This document shows positions 60,135 through 64,000 of a DNA stretch of 64,000 nt, piece by piece. Within the stretch, counting starts at the first letter, position 1. The number at the start of each line of letters is the position of its first letter. The position numbers and the translations under genes were made by a program. This DNA comes from a virus. The stretch covers positions 6,977 to 70,976 of IMG/VR virus record IMGVR_UViG_3300040801_003053; one strand, written 5' to 3'. The notes under the pieces were generated by a model that made no database searches, had not been told where the DNA came from, and saw only the letters and a program-made list of their open reading frames with translations.

Positions 60135-61484
60135 CTAAATTACATAAGAGTAAGGATCGATCGAAAGTGAAATAGGATTTACTTTAAGTGTCGTTCCACC
60201 AACGCCAATGTCACGACCTTTGCCCAAATTGAACTCGACTTTCCACATATCATTAGGCGGTACGCTTGCGTTCGCGCTCTTGAGCGTATAATACGCTTCT
60301 CTGTATGGGAAGAGTACAATGTCTGCATCTTCTTCGATGGAACTACTTTCTTTGAGATCCGATAATCGAGGTCTTTTATTGTCACGCTCTTCAACTTTAC
60401 GACTCAATTGCGACAATGCCATAACAGGTATATTGTTGTCCTTGGCAATGCTTTTCAACTCACGGGTAATATATGTGATCCCCTGCCTTAAATCGTGTCC
60501 AGGATAACTACACCTCTGGATATAATCTACGACGATTAAATCACAAAGCCCTTCCTTCCTCAGCTCTTTCGTTTTGAGAGAAATGTCATCAATATGTTTC
60601 AAATCACCAATAATCGTGAATGAGCTTTGGTCCATTTGTTCAGAAAACTTTGTAACCTTAGCCAATTCTTCTGCCGTTAACTTACCGGATTTAATTTTGT
60701 TGTAATTAACTCCAGTTTCCTTGGCTATGATTTTACTGCGTAATTGAAAGACGGGCATCTCTAAAGAGAAAAAGACAACGGCATGACCTCGCTTGTGGCA
60801 TTCCCATGCCGTAATTAAAGCCACCGTTGTTTTAAGCATACCTGGTCGGCCTGCAACAATAATAAGCTCACCGAATTGCATACCTCCTTGTAGAAGTTGA
60901 TCAAATTCGAGAGATCCTGTTGGCAATGCAGTATGTTCTCCGGACAGATGCTTTTTATAACGATCCGTAATTTGAGCAACATAGTCTTTTTCAGAATTGT
61001 TTTGAATGTCTTTTGTAAATCGATCAATGAGTTTTTTATACCCCCTCAGAATATTATCTGACACGGTAAAAACATCCATTCCTTTCCAATCAATAGCTTG
61101 GATTTTGGAACTTACATCTACCCAATGTCTGATAATAACAAACTCTTTAAACTTCAAGATATGATGCTCCAAATGTGCTGTTGTAGCAACAAATTGAGTC
61201 AGATCTACAAGCTTAAATTGCCATTGGCCTGCCAGCCAATCAGGCAATGCCTGGGGTTTAAATTCATTCACCGAAACAATATCAACCTTGACTCCTGCTT
61301 CATAGCATTTGAGAATACTGGTAAATACAAAACGGTGAAACATATCGGAAAAGTCTTTGGCTTCTATGTTGTGACGAAGGACGAGAGCTTTAACCTCGTC
61401 CCTGTCATCAACAAGAAGTGATCCAATGATTGACTTCTCCAGATTATGCATAAACTCATGATCATAATCTGCGATATAATTCAT
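60135..61484 (-). CDS. dnaB: Replicative DNA helicase (DnaB family)
   Basis: N-terminal DnaB domain, FSLEMP, IVVDYIQ, ALSQLSR, SDLKESSSIEEDAD, KGR finger; variant P-loop GRPGMLKT. Confidence 0.9.
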   Translation of the reverse strand: MNYIADYDHEFMHNLEKSIIGSLLVDDRDEVKALVLRHNIEAKDFSDMFHRFVFTSILKCYEAGVKVDIVSVNEFKPQALPDWLAGQWQFKLVDLTQFVATTAHLEHHILKFKEFVIIRHWVDVSSKIQAIDWKGMDVFTVSDNILRGYKKLIDRFTKDIQNNSEKDYVAQITDRYKKHLSGEHTALPTGSLEFDQLLQGGMQFGELIIVAGRPGMLKTTVALITAWECHKRGHAVVFFSLEMPVFQLRSKIIAKETGVNYNKIKSGKLTAEELAKVTKFSEQMDQSSFTIIGDLKHIDDISLKTKELRKEGLCDLIVVDYIQRCSYPGHDLRQGITYITRELKSIAKDNNIPVMALSQLSRKVEERDNKRPRLSDLKESSSIEEDADIVLFPYREAYYTLKSANASVPPNDMWKVEFNLGKGRDIGVGGTTLKVNPISLSIDPYSYVI

Positions 61485-61500
61485 GGAAGTAATTTAAAAA

Positions 61501-61707
61501 TTATCCTTTTGTGCCCACTTTACTATTAAAAGAATAAATAGCTTTATCGTCTGCAATCTCTGGGCCTGTGATTGTCGCGTTGACCAATTCAGGATATTCC
61601 TCTGAATAAAAGTCAGCTACTTGCTTGGGTGATAACTCAGTATTCGGATCCGTCAATTCTTTGTTTCGGAATTTGAATACTCGGGTATGCATAATTACGT
61701 TTGACAT
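61501..61707 (-). CDS. Ubiquitin-like protein, PRTRC system protein C type
   Basis: L-x-DPN-x-ELSP-x-QV-x-DFYS-x2-YPEL-x-NA-x-I-x-GPE...VGTKG with terminal Gly. Confidence 0.85.
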   Translation of the reverse strand: MSNVIMHTRVFKFRNKELTDPNTELSPKQVADFYSEEYPELVNATITGPEIADDKAIYSFNSKVGTKG

Positions 61708-61717
61708 AAATTAGTTT

Positions 61718-62788
61718 TTAAGAGTTAAACATGTCGATTTGATCCTCGTCAGGATCGCTGAAAGCGTTTTTAGCTGCGCTTGCCCAGTCTTGAGGATCCG
61801 GAGCGGGAATACCCTCTAACGGGTTTTCTTTCTTCTCTGTTTCCACTTCTGGACTTGTAGGTAAATTATAAGGAAAAGCATCTTCTTCTGGTTTTTCAGG
61901 TTCTTTCTTGCTTGGGCATCCCGGGAGTTGACAGAAATCAGCATTGTGCCACTTCAAATCTTTGTCACACATTTTACAGCGATTTTCTGATTCAGGCAAA
62001 TCTACAGCTTTTGGTTTTTCCGGGTCAGTAATGTCTGTAACCTTTATATCAGTTACTTCAGAGACTGGTGACTTGTCACAATTATCGTCAATATTTGTGA
62101 CAGATTCCATTTCCTTGACAATCTCATCATTGTTCTCCAATGACTTTTTGATCTTGTCAGCTGGTGACCCACTATGCGGTTGCTCAACGGATGCCATTTG
62201 TATGGTTTTATCTGTTGCATGATGCTCTTGGAAAGAATCTTTTATCTGCTCTTGCTGTTCAGGACTTATTGGCCCCGGTGTTCCTACAATCAAATTCTCT
62301 TTAGGAATCCCTGATTTTCCAATGATGCTTTCTTTGAGCTTCTCCGTAGAACTCTTAGGAGCCTCTGGAGCCTCTTTTACAGGCTCAGGCTTCTTTTCTT
62401 CCTTTTTTGGAGTATTACTACCTTGGGCGAAGAGATCGTTCTTTGGAGCTTCTTTTTTCTTTACAGGTTTTTTCTTGGCCTGTTTACCTTTCTCATTGCC
62501 TTTCTCTTTTTTCTCTTGCTCAATTTTCTCGAGTTGTTTGTTGATGAATTCAATTTGATTGATTCGATTCTTTTGACTTTTGTATGTAGAATCAAGAATC
62601 TGTTCGAGGTCTTGAGAGCAAGCCTGCAAGGAAGTGTTAATTACCGAAAAAGGAATCAGGCTCCCTGCCTTATCGTCATCCGGATTGATGGACTTCATGA
62701 TCACATCAATACGAAACTTCTCATTTTCCTTTTTGATCCTTAAAGAAACAACGGCAATGGATAAATAATTTTCAATGGATTTTAACAT
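61718..62788 (-). CDS. PRTRC system protein E-like
   Basis: N-terminal domain (...SLIPFSV...SQDL), long Pro/Glu/Lys-rich linker, Cys4 cluster, terminal QIDMF; directly upstream of Ubl as in PRTRC loci. Confidence 0.65.
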   Translation of the reverse strand: MLKSIENYLSIAVVSLRIKKENEKFRIDVIMKSINPDDDKAGSLIPFSVINTSLQACSQDLEQILDSTYKSQKNRINQIEFINKQLEKIEQEKKEKGNEKGKQAKKKPVKKKEAPKNDLFAQGSNTPKKEEKKPEPVKEAPEAPKSSTEKLKESIIGKSGIPKENLIVGTPGPISPEQQEQIKDSFQEHHATDKTIQMASVEQPHSGSPADKIKKSLENNDEIVKEMESVTNIDDNCDKSPVSEVTDIKVTDITDPEKPKAVDLPESENRCKMCDKDLKWHNADFCQLPGCPSKKEPEKPEEDAFPYNLPTSPEVETEKKENPLEGIPAPDPQDWASAAKNAFSDPDEDQIDMFNS

Positions 62789-62824
62789 AAATCTGGTTTT
62801 TAAAAAATGGGATTAAATTTACAA

Positions 62825-63085
62825 TTATTCTTGGTCATCTACAATGTCATGACTGATAAGTTCGTTTTTCTGATCATTATATATTTTCAGAAAATCTTGC
62901 ATTTTGTACGAATGCGTTGCTAATTTTTCAGCAAGCAAGTATGTGTACTGGTTATCAGCATCGTCAAATACTTCTTTACACATATTGAACATCCTGATAG
63001 CCATTTCATGTCGGATACAGGCTATGCGATCTTGGAATACTTCTCCATCTGATGCCTTATAGGCTTCAATTACTTCTATTTGCAT
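62825..63085 (-). CDS. Hypothetical protein within the Ubl cassette (86 aa)
   Basis: ORF between the E1 and protein E genes. Confidence 0.6.
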   Translation of the reverse strand: MQIEVIEAYKASDGEVFQDRIACIRHEMAIRMFNMCKEVFDDADNQYTYLLAEKLATHSYKMQDFLKIYNDQKNELISHDIVDDQE

Positions 63086-63086
63086 T

Positions 63087-63767
63087 TTATCGGGTTTTAA
63101 AATTCATTGTTTTTAAGTCAAACCATATTTCCTTGTGAGGTGTTTGACCCTTGATCATGAGTTGTGAGATCATATGAATAACAAGTGATGCCACAATGCG
63201 GTTTACACTAAAAGATTGCTCTTGCAGGCTCTCATAAGCCGAGCAAGAGACTTTCTGATTATCGACAAGGGTAGGGAATTTCTCTATTATCGTCAGTTCT
63301 TCTTGCCCTTTTAAAGCCATACATACTTGACCATAATCTTCTCCATTCCCTGTATCAATCCAATGATTGAAAATACCTTTCCGAAAATCATTGTTTAAGA
63401 CTTTTCTGGTATCAACATTATCAACACATGAGATTAAAAAGTCTGAGGCCGGTCTTTGGTCCACATACATTTCTGCATTGGCTTCAATCTGCGTACCAAA
63501 AGCGTATCCAATACGTTCTGCAAGCACATCAACTTTATAACGACCAATATCGCTTTCCACATAACCTTCTTGCTTGCCGACATTATGAGGCATAATCGTA
63601 TCGTTGTCGTAAACAGATATGTTGAATCCTTTATTGTCAAGCTGAATCCATGATTGCTCAAGCTGTACCAGATCTCGTAAAACTATTGATCCGGTAGCTC
63701 CGGCTCCAATGACTATAAACTTAACGCGGTGACGGTTATCAATTAATCGCTGATTCAGGTATATCAT
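63087..63767 (-). CDS. E1-like ThiF/MoeB enzyme, PRTRC type
   Basis: GAGATG nucleotide-binding loop, D-x-D...N-x-GKQ, K78, CVDN, WID-x-GN...GQV, S-C175-S...EQS-x2-VN. Confidence 0.85.
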   Translation of the reverse strand: MIYLNQRLIDNRHRVKFIVIGAGATGSIVLRDLVQLEQSWIQLDNKGFNISVYDNDTIMPHNVGKQEGYVESDIGRYKVDVLAERIGYAFGTQIEANAEMYVDQRPASDFLISCVDNVDTRKVLNNDFRKGIFNHWIDTGNGEDYGQVCMALKGQEELTIIEKFPTLVDNQKVSCSAYESLQEQSFSVNRIVASLVIHMISQLMIKGQTPHKEIWFDLKTMNFKTR

Positions 63768-64000
63768 TTATCAAAGAATTTAATGAGGTTGAACTTTTAT
63801 ATAATTTTTTGGGAATGGAAAGACCTTTCTTAATGCTTTCTTGTAAAATAAATTCAGGGCTTTTTTTACCATTCAAGCATTCCGTATTCATAAAAGCATT
63901 CCAATCAGAATTGAAAACAGCTTTTTCCGCATTAACCATAAGTTTTTGATAATCGGCATTGAAATAATCACTTGGTTTCATGTTGCCCCAACACATTTTG
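63739..64000 (-). CDS. E2-like protein, PRTRC system protein B type (5'-truncated by the window edge)
   Basis: Open frame to the window end; KMCWGN resembles the E2 family D active-site Cys; followed by E-x-A-x-F-x-S-x-W; overlaps the E1 start. Confidence 0.6.
   Translation of the reverse strand, partial: KMCWGNMKPSDYFNADYQKLMVNAEKAVFNSDWNAFMNTECLNGKKSPEFILQESIKKGLSIPKKLYKSSTSLNSLINDIPESAIN

Noticed and set aside
1-64000. Alternative genetic code (TAG or TGA recoding), as in some crAss-like phages
   Set aside because: Very long ORFs (3761, 1690, 1544 aa) are intact in code 11, and TAG/TGA stops are mostly followed by out-of-frame or ATGA-coupled starts.
1-64000. CRISPR array, tRNA/rRNA genes, integrase, transposase, reverse transcriptase/DGR, intein or intron
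   Set aside because: No regularly spaced repeats, cloverleafs or diagnostic motifs were recognised by eye; TerL, DnaB and RNAP are uninterrupted. A tRNAscan/HMM run would be needed to exclude these fully.

Overview
This 64-kb window is part of a lytic tailed phage genome with crAss-like (Crassvirales-type) organisation. Bacteroidota-type promoters, A-rich SD-less translation starts and Q-rule signal peptides point to a Bacteroidota, probably flavobacterial, host. The genome uses the standard genetic code. The + strand (1-53.2 kb) carries the virion/late arm: putative TerS, TerL, portal, scaffold, major capsid protein, ring/adaptor proteins, a long fibre/adhesin block, six small membrane proteins, a muzzle/tail-stabilisation protein, ejection proteins (including a tail lysozyme and a 3761-aa two-barrel virion RNA polymerase with a zincin motif) and a lysis cassette. 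The - strand (53.3-64 kb) converges on it with replication/recombination genes (DnaA domain-IV protein, PD-(D/E)xK nuclease, 5'-3' exonuclease, NinB-like, SSB-like, HU/IHF-like, DnaB). It also carries a PRTRC-type ubiquitin-like conjugation cassette (E2-like, E1/ThiF, protein E, Ubl) that runs off the right edge. Main candidates for new biology: (1) the phage-borne Ubl/E1/E2 system coupled to DnaB, with a beta-clamp-like motif on protein E; (2) a ~77-nt promoter-to-terminator unit that is perfectly antisense (18 nt) to the Ubl translation start; (3) four fibre/adhesin genes with Sec signal peptides next to a six-gene membrane cluster; (4) structured leaders, namely twin GCGAGUA-loop hairpins before the capsid gene and a three-way junction before the nuclease. 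All family assignments come from motif recognition by eye; no database search was run.
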